In this document: one piece after another, positions 48,118 to 60,900 of the stretch | How positions within the stretch are numbered: position 1 is the first letter of the stretch | How the letters are laid out: the number at the start of each line of letters is the position of its first letter | Source of the DNA: Phoronis australis | Taxonomy: Eukaryota; Animalia; Phoronida | Assembly: GCA_002633005.1 (NCBI GenBank) | Contig: NMRA01000132.1 | Location: forward strand, 434,001-498,000 | Length of the DNA stretch: 64,000 bases | Reading direction: 5' to 3' | The notes under the pieces: generated by a model | The model's input: only the letters and a program-made list of their open reading frames with translations | What the model was told of the DNA's origin: nothing | Database searches by the model: none | Translations under genes and position numbers: made by a program

Positions 48118-48467
48118 GGAGTCTGTATTAACTGTCATGCATCAGGAAAACGTTTTTACTCGATATACAAAACCAGAGCGTTTGTAATTAAAGTGTTAAT
48201 CAATCCCAAGCCTTCAGAATTGCTCCGAGGCAAGCGAGTGGCACGTGCTAAGTTTGGTGCGGTATTTGTCCTCAAATACTCCCAAAAATATTGAGAAATT
48301 GACCTAGTGTGTGACAGTCTGATTACAAGATATTTCTTTTTTATACCTTACATCCGCCTTCTTGCTACCCAGAGCGATTACATTATAGTTTGAGGTGTCA
48401 GGTAACCGAGGAAAAATATTACTTTATTTTCGTTTATTAGTTCAACTTTGTGTTCGGGTGCTTAGGT

Positions 48468-48473
48468 AATAAA
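48468..48473 (+). terminator. Candidate polyadenylation signal of the A/B transcript
   Basis: AATAAA ~350 nt after the stop, followed by a T/GT-rich tract (tttcttgtgtgtgg, 48491-48504). An alternative ATTAAA lies at 48187. Confidence 0.5.
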
Positions 48474-48961
48474 ACATGAAAATTATCATCTTTCTTGTGT
48501 GTGGAAAATTAAGTCGAGTATTGTGTTGTGAAGGTGGGAGAGGATGAAATCGTGGATTCGAGTCTTAGAAGTAACTGAATTCACCACTACTCATACACTT
48601 AATCAGAGCACGTGAACTGCGACCGCTGAGATTGCGAGTTCGATTCCGAGTCGGGAGCGATACTGACACTAGTACGGAGCTAACAGGTTTGGTCTGGTTA
48701 TCTCCACTGTCTGTGCCGGAAGAGCCTTCCAGAGAATGACATTCAAGTGTTTATTGAATTCTATTTTGTGGAAAAGCTTCTGTTTGACTAAAGCATTCAT
48801 TGATCTACAGGGAGTAATAAAACAATTATATTCTCAGCCAAGACAATAAACCCTTTGCTAAGCTGTGTTTAGTTACACAGTCCAACTGGGATAGTTGTAC
48901 GACTAAGAGCAGGGTTCACACAGACGTGTTTTCACTGGCCTTGCATATGTCAGGTTCCAAA

Positions 48962-49386
48962 AGTCCCGTTTAGACATCAACTTTTGGCCCGGCGCAACTG
49001 ACACGAAGCAAATTGACCCGTGTCAAGCGGCCGTTTACACACACAACTCACTAACCGTGGCAAGATGGAAATTAAAGGCTGGAGAGACTGGATATCGCAC
49101 ATGCGCTGGTTTACAAATGACGAGAGTTGCAGAGAAAAAGAACCCGTACGTAGGTCATTGCACAAGCGCAGTAGAGATGATCCTTTCCGTCTTGCTCCAG
49201 CTTCGCGTTTAGACTTATAATTGGCACGGCGCAAGATGTTCGGGCGCAAATTGCTCTACCTCACAAACGGGTGGCAAAAATTTGCCACCGCGGTGTCAAT
49301 TGGCTCCGTGTCAGTCCGTTTACACTCTGGAACAACTTGTTCCGTGTCAGCTGATCCGTGTCGACTTTGCAAGTGTAAACGGCACT
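48962..49386. mobile_element. MITE with AGT(C/G)CCGTTTA(G/C)AC termini (PIF/Harbinger-like, inferred)
   Basis: Imperfect TIR plus inverted subterminal TGACAC/GTGTCA motifs. Confidence 0.6.
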
Positions 49387-50072
49387 AAAGACCTATTGTT
49401 TGAGAAGAACACCTATAATTTGCAACCGTTAGCAAAACTTTAAGCCACTACGCGGACTAGTATACCCCTTCAAAGTAAGGGGGTCAATGTAAGAGTTCTA
49501 GCACATAATTCATAGAAGACTTGGAGGAGTAGTCGTGGTGTGTGACGGTGCGATGAGTATTCTAACTTGGAATGGACCAGTCTGGTAGAAGTCGTGCTTT
49601 CATTTCCATGTTGCCAGTTTGAGATTACGCCTTATAACATCCTGATTGTGCTTTGTTGCGTAGTCAGTTATTGAAATTGTTACACAGTATTCTATATAGT
49701 ATTTCCGTTTTCGTTGTATGCAACTTATGATTTTTTTCGTAAACATAAAAGGCCTATCTATGATAGCCCCCCATGCCAACCTGGAACATTACAAAAACAA
49801 TTCCTAATAGCATAGTATTTTACAGTTACCTATGAATCTGATCAGCCATTTCTGAGATATTATGTTAGGAATGTAACTAAATTTGGACATTTTCCCCGGG
49901 TCCTACATAATCTCAACTAGATTTCGCACGAACACCCCTTTAGTCGGGCGTTGCCATTTCCAGAGCATGTTACTGTCTTCTGCAAAATCCAACAGGGGTT
50001 CTTGGGACGTGCTCTTGTAACCTGAAACTCACCCGAGGTCAAGAAAGACAGGATTTTGATGGAACTCGTTTG

Positions 50073-50217
50073 CATGGGCGGCGCAGCACTGAAACTTTGG
50101 GGTTATAGCCCCCAGCCCCCCTGTGATGCACCGTCCATATACCATGGGCGCCGGAGCAATGAAAAAGTGAGGGGCTATAGCCCCCCTCCCCCAGCCCCGC
50201 ACGGTGCGCTGTCCATG
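50073..50217 (+). mobile_element. Head-to-tail dimer of a ~70-bp mini-TIR unit with 5-bp TSD
   Basis: CATGGGCGGCGCAGC...CCGTCCATATAC-CATGGGCGCC...GTCCATG flanked by GTTTG on both sides. Confidence 0.75.
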
Positions 50218-50977
50218 GTTTGGCCCTAGTCTTGAAACTGGGGAGAGACTCGACAGTTCACACAAGATTACTGCAACGCGAGGTTTCAATATGCGTTGGG
50301 TGCAAGTCATAATCACTGATTTATTATGTTTTTTAGCCATATCCCAAACTTTTCAAAATTTCACCGCCGTCGAAGTTAGGCATGACAGACAATTTGACAG
50401 GTGCCAGGCTGCCGTTGTTTTCCTTCAGATTAAAATACTCACCCAAAATATTCAGTGAAGAGGCGGCTATTTTCGCCACCAGTTATTTTGTTTCCTCGCC
50501 ACCTGAATCGCCTTTACGTGAAAGATGATTTCAAAACACGGTCACTCTGCCATCGTGATAATAAACCAAAGGTCTCTTATCGCTACGTATGTGTACTCTT
50601 TGAAGTAAGCGGTCTATCTGTAAAAGTGCAAGAAAAACCGCAGGAACTTTTGGGGTTACTCAAACCTTCTGTAAAGTGCCTGGAAAAGTGACCCTTGCGA
50701 TCGTTCACATTACTTTCGTTTTTGCTGCTAGCGAACGTGCTAGCAAAAACGATTTAAGCTAGCGTTATAAGTCAGTGTGGGAACCGGACATTAATGTCTT
50801 TCAATTTAAAAATCTAAATAAATTAGCTCTGGATAGCACATGAGCATGTCAAGTTTTCTCGCACTTTCTCGAAGTATGGCGATGAGCATGTAGCAAAAAT
50901 TCAAAGAATTGTTATGAGTCTCCAAACGGAAGTGCCCCAGGCCAACAAGCGTAAATGCAGCAATTCAACGTAAAACA

Positions 50978-51101
50978 GCCTCCTCTTCAGTAACGCTAGG
51001 ACTTCGCTAAAAAGCAAAGGTTACCTGAGATATTGCCGCATGTTTCAAACGAGATTTAAGCTAGGTCCTAGCGTAGGTCCTAGCGTTACTGAACGCACGC
51101 C
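50978..51101 (+). mobile_element. Internally deleted copy of the ~150-bp MITE
   Basis: Same termini and GCTAGGTCCTAGCGTAGGTCCTAGCG tail. Confidence 0.8.
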
Positions 51102-51740
51102 AGCACCCACGAAGCCTTTGCAAACGGTTGGCGTGTCTGCGTTTTAATCAGTGGGCCTTGCAACCTTCACACAAATCTGAACACGGGAGGTGACGTAGCG
51201 CTATGGAAGAAGGAAGAATGAAATAAGAAGTCGTGTTGAACGTGCATTAGTTCGCGAAGGCACTATATGAGAAGAGATGCCAAAGGGGAGAGGAGGACTA
51301 ATGATGAGGCGAACTTTCTTATCTTTATTTACAATAGATATGTCAGTGAGCGGTACGTCTCGCTCTTGGTCTAAAGGACGTATGTTCACTGGGTCTTTTT
51401 GGGCCTTAACTACTACATATCTCACCACAACTGAATCGGAATTGCAACGAGAGTCGCCGTGACAAACAGAGCAAGGTACGATAAACTTTGAGATATCGCT
51501 TGTGATTGTGGTTCTCTTAAGAATTTTAATGTGCAGCAATATCTTTATATTCACGGATGTTATCGTTATCGAAATGGTCTTGCCACTAAACGATTTATCG
51601 AGTCTAAAAACCTCGATCTCTGATTGATCATGTACATACACCAAGAGTGTATACACCAGTGATGATGCTGTCCGGCGTCCACCTCTCAATCTCGCACATT
51701 TAGATGGAGCATCTGCGTCACTGAAAAAGAAGAAAGACTA

Positions 51741-51880
51741 GGCGTGCGTTCAGTAACGCTAGGACCTAGCTAAAATCGAGTCAAAGTCACGTGTTCTAGT
51801 TTGAAATACACCACAATACCTCACGTAATCTCGCGAAGTCTTGCTTTTTAGTGAGATCCTGGCGTTTCTGAACGGGAGGC
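51741..51880 (-). mobile_element. Reverse-orientation copy of the ~150-bp MITE
   Basis: GGCGTGCGTTCAGTAACGCTAGGACCT...CTGAACGGGAGGC. Confidence 0.82.
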
Positions 51881-52042
51881 AGTATATACATCTATGTAAC
51901 TGCTCAAGCGCGCAACTTATCATTACTTCCGCCATGTGTCAAGTTTGCTGCCACTTAGCGATTAGAAGTACCACAAGTTACTCTAGATCAGTAAGTTGTC
52001 ACAAGTGGGGCAAGATGCAGTAGATAATTTGAGTCGAGGTTA

Positions 52043-52330
52043 GTCTGTTTCATGAAAAGAGACTTAAGACTTAAGACTGAAATTTGCTCTTACGCTCCAC
52101 ACACCTATTTCTGAAAAATAATTAAATCTCACTTAAGAGAAAAGTGAAAAGCCTTTAAGGATATATGTCATATACGTATAACTGCTAGTTACTTAGACAA
52201 TTTCTATAAGTTATTTCTAGATTGGGCTGCGTTGACAATTAGTTGGCTAAATATTTTTCAGCTGTTGTGAAGTGGGAACATAAGGCCAAAGTTCTGTCTT
52301 AAGTCTTTACTTGTTTTTCTTGAAACAGAC
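52043..52330. mobile_element. MITE with GTCTGTTTCA(T/A)GAAA TIR
   Basis: GTCTGTTTCATGAAAA ... TTTTCTTGAAACAGAC; internal CTTAAG repeats. Confidence 0.65.
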
Positions 52331-54013
52331 CTCGCTGACGGCCTCCGTTGTAGGAGTATCTTTTTCTTGGGTAAGTCCGTACGTGAATGGCACTCAAGAT
52401 AACATGGCTTGATAAGCCACCGACTTACACTCGTTTCTGACTTACCTCATAAAACGACCCGCCGTGATTTGTAGAGTTTAATCTCAACCAGATAAGAACT
52501 GCTAGTAAAGCGTTACATTGCTGGTGTTATGCGAGTGGTTGCCAAAATGGAATCTTTACACATTGGCACACTTGTCTGCTTCTGGGCAAGAATCCACCAG
52601 AGTATCCACAAAGCAGTAGGAACTTGCATAATCCAGAGATGGCTCAGATTTTATTGCTTTGGAAGTTATTTGTGACCTCAAGAAGAAGAATCGTTTCAGA
52701 AATTTGCGCAACACAGTATTCCCAGAAGTGGGACTTCACTTTATGATGAAGATACGCGAAGGTAACACAAGAGCAGCTTCAAGATACATAGGTGGCGTGA
52801 GGTGCAGATGACGTTGACTTTCGGCTTGACCAAAATTTCAAAATGAATGTTTATCCAGCGATCTTAGACAATCTCGCATCAAAACTTAAAGACATGATGA
52901 TGCGAATACGCCTCTTTCCTATTTTAACATAATCCACGCAGAAGAGCTAAAATGGGTTGTAAACAGTTTTATTCATACCTATCTTGAAAATTTGAAACTG
53001 TCCTCTGTGGACGAGATCCTCCATTTCCAGAAGTTTGCTCGGGACAACCTGACGATAAGGTGACTGTGGTGGATTTGTATAGAACCATAACAACCAGTAA
53101 GCTGTATGAGATGTACACTAATACATACATGTAGTAGAGACTACTCGGCGCCGATCTATTCTGGCTCATTCTTGGTGATAGATACGACGTCGAGTAACTT
53201 AGCAACGAAGGCTATCCCTCTCCCTACCCCCAACAATTACAAGGACACAAATGTTCTCTTATACTTTTCATTACATATTGATGTCTGCTGCGTAACGGCA
53301 ACACATTTACAATCTCACTGTTCGAGTATCAACTCACGTGACTCCTCGAATAACGAAGTCAGTACAGTCAGAAAGTTTTCTGGCTTGCAATAAGTTGGAA
53401 GCTGGTACGGGGCTAAATGAAATTGACATGCATCTTACTTCAGATCTATTTGTCTCTGATGATAATATATTGCTTTAGAGAGCGTTCGCTTTCAGGTCTG
53501 AAATGGATACTAAACCCTGTCTTGATGAGTTTGACCAAACCTCGTTCCGTCATCTGCTTATGCATCATTGGCGTCAATCTTGAAGTCAGTATTCAGCTAA
53601 AAACTCATGCTCCCTAAGTCTCAAGTTGGATACTATGGTTCTTAGAGGGTGGTTTTTCCCCAAAGTTACCGTGTAAGTCACGCTTGCCCGTGTAGCAGAC
53701 TTTGAAACAGTATTCAAATTTTCATCCGAACATTTGTGGATTTTTCAGAGCTACAGAGCATTATTTTGTGTCAAAGAACTGGATGAAAACGTCGTTTCCA
53801 GTTTCTGTTTATAGGCCAAAATCGGGTTTGGTATCCTTTTAAGCGAATCAAAGCTTTTATTTGATCAACACTTAGTGATGGGAAATCTAATCGTCTTGCA
53901 TGAATGCACGTCGAGTCAGAGATGCTACGAAGAGTGGAATTGCATTCCGGTGTTGACCCCTTCGTTAACAACCAAAGAGTTCCGTTGTTCATTTGGCAAT
54001 TATTAAAGATGGA

Positions 54014-54249
54014 GGGCCCGTTCCAAGAAATTAACTTTAGTTCATTTTTGCTTAAGCCTATGTAAGATTTGTCTCAACTTCCAAACTTTGAAACTAACAC
54101 AACTGGTAAGTTAGTCACAATTAATACATAATTTAAGTCAAACTTGAGATATATTTCTTGAAACGGACTTGAGACAAATAAGCTTTATCTTAAAAGTGGT
54201 TGTAATTTAAGTTTTGTTTTAGCTAAGTCAGTTTTCTTGGAACGAGACC
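54014..54249. mobile_element. MITE with GGCCCGTTCCAAGAAA TIR
   Basis: GGGCCCGTTCCAAGAAA ... TTTCTTGGAACGAGACC. Confidence 0.6.
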
Positions 54250-54780
54250 TATGTGGAAGTGTTTTAAAAGCACAAAGCGCTTCGGTTAAGTATTCAACAT
54301 TGCCAGCTTGACGGGGCGAAAAGCGGCTTTGGTATTATTTAGTACAGCAAATCGGCGCTGGCAAGAGTACAAATAATGACCGATTTTTAATTATATAACT
54401 TAAGTGGACTTTGTAATTGGAATAGGGCGCCCAAATATGAGCTCAGTCTTGGGTTCGAGTCTTCTTAATCTGCCTCTTGACAGAATAAACATGTTATGTA
54501 GAAATATCTGAGCGTTTTTAAAAACTGCGGCTAAAACGTTTTCTACGTTATAAAAAGGACGTTGCAGCGATATTGCCCACGCTTTGCGCTTTGCCGATTC
54601 GTATAGACGGTGCATTACAATAAGACATGGACATCTTTCGGGGGCAAGTGGTATCCCTGCAAAATGTCAAAACTTAGCTAACTTTGGAAGATCATGTTTC
54701 AGGAATAACTGATCACCTGTTAGCTAAATTCATAACCAGGAACTGCAAAACATGTCTTTTCTAGCTACAAATCATCCTCC

Positions 54781-54968
54781 ATGGGTTCAGGTGGTAAGGT
54801 AAATAAGAAACTCATCATTGGAGTTGTCGTTGGTCTTGCTGTTCTGGTTATTGTACTAGGCGTCGCTATCGGCGTTCCGCTGAGCCAACAGAAAAGAGAC
54901 ACAACGACCGGGGACACTAATTTGGAAACGGCAAATCGCATCCTCAGCGAGGTACCTTTGATAGATGG
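54781..54968 (+). CDS. DPEP1: DPEP-like C coding exon 1
   Basis: Acceptor ttttctag ends 54764, ATG 54781, [34 protein letters not shown]...EVPLIDG|gtaaga. Confidence 0.92.
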
Positions 54969-57900
54969 GTAAGATTTTTGAAGGTAATACATTTGTCGTT
55001 ATAAAATTTTCAATATGCCATCTATTTCACACAATTAAAACTCTACGCCTAACTGCAACTTTGCAGTACTCTTCATAATTACATGGTTCATTTTTTCGAA
55101 CTTTCGTAGTTCGAATCAGTTGCGTAGAGTTGCAAAAATATAAGCAACACATTGTACTTAGTGCGACAGCGCCACAGAAAATTAATAGTTAGTGTTCCGG
55201 CAATGTGTTTTTATACGAGTGTGTGACAGTTATAAGTTATAACTTTTAAATTTTGTATGGTACACTATTTTTCTGCTTCCGAATACAACAAAAACGAGCT
55301 AGTGTCGACCTAGTGTGTTGGCTCAAGTATTAAAACATTACTGTACTTTGAAATAAGCAATTTTCAAATTAGTGGTGACAAAACCTGCCCATTTACTTTT
55401 TATGTCCATGATACGTTTCGTTAACACCTGCACTGCTGTGAAAAAATGGTGGTCTGCTCCATAATAAAATAGTTGTTAGTGATGATAACATGCGGTAGGC
55501 CTACGTGCATGAGCTCTCTTAAAGTTGAGCGAGTGTATACAGTCAGAGCGAGCTGGAAATGTGGAGATACTTGTGGTAAATATTAGTTGTGGCAGCAATT
55601 AGATTTTGTACAGTTCGTAGATAGGAGACAACTTATTTAGAGCACGTCTTCCTTGTAGTGTGAGACAGGAAGTGTTGGGTGGGTGTAACTAAAGAGTGTG
55701 CTGTTGGTTATTGGGGACAAATGTGGCTATTCGGCGCCTGATGCTTTCTATTTTATACTGGTGAGAGTGACCTCAAACAGACGTCACCAGGAATACGTAG
55801 GTCACGGTCTTGCTGAGACTGGGTGCTTATTTCAAGTTTAGCTTAATGAATCAAAGATCTACACTTTACAAGTAATGGTATCTGTGTGTTCCTTTTTGTT
55901 AGCCAGTAGGAATTCAAGGTTGGTGGAAATTGGTGTCTGTGAGGGAAGAACGGAAGTGGCAGTTGTGCATTAATGAATCCCATTGGCCATGATTTTCTCA
56001 GATGGCTAGGAAGTAGGCAATCTTTTTAAAGTTCCTGATAGTCATGGCGCAGGTTACTGCCGTGTAAGAATTGCATAGTCAACGAGGAGGAGAATACTAG
56101 ACAAGATGCTGCACGAGCAAGCCTTTGTATTCACAGAAAATGATCCGGAATTGATTGTCATGACATCTGGGCGGAGGCCGAATTCACCGTCAGAGCAGTC
56201 TTCCCGAGAATTAGGGAATTGATTGAGGATAGTTGGTAAGGTGGCTAAGATTGATCAGCCATTCCGTGATTAGGATTTTGCAGCCTTAATGGTTATCGCC
56301 AGTCATTTTTGTCGTCATTTTGTCTGGTTCTTTTTTCTTGTGCAGTACATTTGAAGAGGACGGACCAAGGATTGATTTTGATAGGGGGCAGTTATCTTAC
56401 GGCAGGATTTCATTCAGTTACAGATGAGACCTCTCAAACAGTAAAGAGTATAGTAGGTAGTGACCTGATTGATCTTTATGAGCCTTGAATGGATTACTCC
56501 CAGCTCCCCGACACCTGTTTGGGCGCATGTCCAGGTATATTATGGATGCAACTAGTTACATCTCGCAAGATCAACGGCTGCCAAAATGGTCTACCATGTT
56601 TAAAGTATGACGTTTCCATCCAACTTTGACATGACTGTGCAAATAATTGAATGGGGATGGGTAGTAGTTGGAAGACATGGTTTTGACACGTTTCTTGAAC
56701 AAAGGTTCACATTTGCTGTGAGCCAGTTTATTTGCGTTTCAAATGATTGGCAGTGTTTAGAAAGTACATCAGATGAATTTGCCGGTCTCTACTGAAACTT
56801 GACAAATTGATTTTAGTCACAACGACTTGGCCTGGGAGTACCGGAAGAATGAGAAGAACCATATATATAACGTTAACCTGAGAGAGAGTCTTATAGGGAT
56901 CTGGAACATCACTCAAACGGACATCCCGCGTCTCAGACAGGGGAAAGTAAGCGGACAGGTAAGAATTCTATAATTAGGGGGATAATTCGACGATAATTGC
57001 ACGTGTTTTTACTGTAAAGTAATCAGGGCACGTGGTGGTCGAACAAGAGACATGCTGCTCGATCATCACTCTTTTTAGGCCTATTTAATAGTGCGTGCGT
57101 TAAGTTCTGCATTGTTTGTTTCCCTTTTAATCAAAGGGATATTATCACTGGGAAAAGCTCGTTTTCTGAGATTAGCCTCAGCGTGGAATCGCAAGTGGAA
57201 CCCCCGCGGTCGCTGTCAAACGCTTTTGGTATTTTAGGCGTGTTTAACTGGCTACGTCACCGGTCTCGATTTCAGTGTAAGTAAGTATTTTTTATTATAG
57301 TGACATGTGTTCAAATGAATTTAAACAATGAATACGTTACAAAGACTAGGAACACCCAGCCCTCCACAGAGCTTATAAGTCACTTAAGATGCATGATACA
57401 AAAAAGAAAAGACAAGTGTACAGGCATTGCAAGAGGACCAGAAAGACAAGGCCGAGATAAAAGTGATCATAAATAAATATAATTTTTCCTTACATCAAAA
57501 ATATTTTTGAATGTGAATGTCAATGTCTGACATTCTACAGTGAAAATTACCAGTCTGTAACAAACTCACAAAAAACGATTTTGTCGTTTTATAGCTTTTC
57601 TCAAAAGGTAATAACTCTGCCTCAACCAAAAACAAACTCAAACTACTATTTATGGCGGGAAAACCGACAATGCCCCTTTAAAGGTCAGCTTTCATCGGCA
57701 AAAGTGTTTTAATATTTTTTTTCTTTAAAAAAAGATACGGAGGTTTTTGTACCTGTGTTTTTGGTAAAATTACAAAATCATTGTCAATAAATCTGTTTTG
57801 GTCATAGTAAGATTAAAAACGGACGATCGCCGCACAAATAAAAAGTTCATGTTCAATCAACGTTTCGTTCATTCATTAGACATCATCAGGATAATTATTT

Positions 57901-60900
57901 ACAAAGGACAACAAGTGCCAAAATACAGCTCAGGTAACATCTAATGAATAGACGAAACGTTGATTGAACATGAACTTTTTTATTTGTGCGGCGTTTGTCC
58001 GTTTTTTAACATCGTTGTCGTCTCCGATTCTAGCTGGACTGACAAGGCCACTTAGGTAAAAAGTCGCAAATAAAAGACTGGCTTACTGAACTCCGTTTAT
58101 TTTGATGTTTTGGTACAGATTTTCTCAGTTTCAAAATGGCTTGCTACTAAACAATGCAGCTAACCTCAACCACGTGCATCGAAAAGCACCCTAAGTAATG
58201 CATTCAAAAGTGCATGTCTGTGCTTACGCTAGTTCCGGTGACGTAATGGTCAAATCTCATAGAATCTCGTGATATTGTTATTAATCCGAACTGAACAAAT
58301 GGTACTGAAAGAATGAAATAAGAGTAAAGGGCTCGTGTTCTTTATTACACGTATGTTTCCCATCTTGTCCGTGCCAACAGTTCTGGGCCTGCTTTGTGCC
58401 ATGTGACTCTCAGTATACAGACGCAGTTCGTATCTCACTGGATCAGCTGGACACCATCAAGAGATTCGTTGCTGAGTATCAAGATGTCTTCGAGTTTGTC
58501 ACCACTGCAGACGGTAATTTCGTATTTCGCGATATTTATTAGCATCTAGAACACCTCGGATCCGCAGCCTCAAATTTCCCCTCGAATCTGTTTCCTTTCT
58601 GTTATCGAAAGGATTTGTTCAAGAGGCTGTTAAGTATCAAGGCTTAAGTTTAACAGGTCTGAAATAATGTCTAATCATTCTCAATTATTCGTTTTCCTCC
58701 TAGTGTTATAAATTAATTTATGATCGACAAATGTCCCGAATGATAGATAAAAGATACGTGCGTCGCAAGCTCGTTACCAGAGAATTAGCTTTTTTCATTG
58801 ACATCCCACCTGCGTTCTCCATTTTGGGAGTCAAATGGTCACGTGTAGACATGGAACATCACCTGGGAGAATTTTGAGGCTACGAAACAAATCCGGAGTT
58901 TTCCAAATGGTTAATAAGCATCAGCACCTAAAGACATAAATACTGAAAACCAATCAATTAATTTATTTCAGTACTTAGGCCTCCTCTGTCAGAACGTGTG
59001 TGAACGTTCAGGCAAATAGTCCCCTGTTAGATAAAGTATTAGTGCCGCCTGGTGCTTCTCTTCCTCAGTATATACAAAAAGTTCAATCATTAACTGATCG
59101 CTGTTTTGTCGCCATGTTGGTCGGAATTCACCACCATGGAAATCGAAGACAACTAATGAGAGCTTTGTCGTGGCCAATGAATAACTAAGAACTGTGTTAG
59201 CGTGCAACACGTACATAATGGTATTCTTGATGAACAAATCCGTATGCAATTGATCGTGCCGATGGCGATTTTTGTCGTGTTTTAGTGGAGCTTTCTAAAT
59301 CTCCTAGGTGTTCTTTTGATACCTACCTGCATATTGACTTAACCTGTCCTTTATTGCAATAACTTAACAACATAAGAATAATACTCACATACATGTAAGT
59401 GTCTACATGTGCAAGAAGTACGCAAGCTCACTGTAAGCAAAGGACACACAATAATAAGACCTCAGTTATGACGACTTTGGTAGTATGTCTAGTTCCAGAA
59501 GCAATCCTTTGTGAGATCAAAGGAAGTTGATATATCAAGGCACAACATTTTATTCACCAAGAGAATTGGACTTCATTCCGTCAATTTTGGTCAACTAGAT
59601 TTCAATCTCGGATTTGTCATTGCGCCTGATAACGCATTCGCAAAATAACACCAGAAGTGGACTATGCATCCGACAAAATACTAGGATCTCGTGTCCCATC
59701 AAGTTCACAGAATCGAAACACATTCAAGATAGCGGCATATGCTCAAAGGTACAAGTCTGAAAAGTTCTCTGCCCCAACTTTAGGTGACCCGCACCGTTTT
59801 GCTTATCGTTCACGACTTATCATTGCTAAAGCGCAGGTCACAAACTCAGCGAACATGCAGTATATTACATGGGTAACTCAGCTGTAATCAATTTTGTTAC
59901 TGGAATAAAGCTTCTGTAAGATAAGAAGTACGGTGGATTTTTTTCATATTTCCCTTTACGTAATGGTGCTGACATTCTATTGCACAGTGGAAACTTACCT
60001 GAGATTTCTATGACCCCATGGTGATTTTCTACGGTCAAGGCTATTTAGACCTTACGCGAGGTTCTGCAACAAGACAATGATTTTTATCTCAATTACCCTG
60101 TTCAGTTGAAAAACTCGCAAGTGGTCTATTTTGATTTCCCCCACTCATTTTGAAGACGAACACTGATATGTATAGTACGTGTTGTTCAGCTGAATGAACT
60201 TGGCTAGGGTTATGTTATACATCGTCTTCTTTTCAGTTTTTTTCTGTCGTTATTTTGTGATTAATGACACTGGTGGATTTAAAACCCGAATCTAGAAGGT
60301 CACGAAGAGTGTGACCACAATTTCTAAAGGACAACTGTTCACAATAGCCTTAAAAGGATATGCTGTCCGCGTTTCTCGCTCATGCCTGATGAGGCGCCAT
60401 GAGAAATGAAAAAACGCTCCGGTGAAATCGTAGATCCGCCACTGTTGAAACATACATTTACATTTGAAATGAACGTTTTTTTCTATTTCCAATAAAATGA
60501 GCAAGTACAGTTGCCGTGTGCATGAATGAAAAGAGATAGTTTGGAAATTACAATTTAAAACTATTTTTGTGTATTTTAGGTATTATGGACGCCTTCAAGA
60601 GAGGTAAAATCGCCAGTCTTGTCGGACTGGAGGGCGGTCACTCTATAGACAGCAGTCTGGCAACCTTACGAATGTTTTACGAGCTTGGTGTTCGCTATAT
60701 GACACTCACGCACAACTGCAACACCCCTTGGTAGGTGGACGACTAACTGGGAAATTTTTTTTCAAGACGCCAGTGCTATAGTCAGACAATAATTCCCTTT
60801 AAATTTGTGTTGACTTCCAAACTTTGTATTACTAGCAGTTTTTCCATGATTTATTTACCTTTGATTCATAACTATTCCATTTATTTCCTGAAATCAGCGC

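Noticed and set aside
53615-53790. Same repeat lying ~1 kb upstream of both the A and C start codons, as a shared enhancer
   Set aside because: Opposite orientations and a third copy at ~19900 point to an ordinary interspersed repeat.
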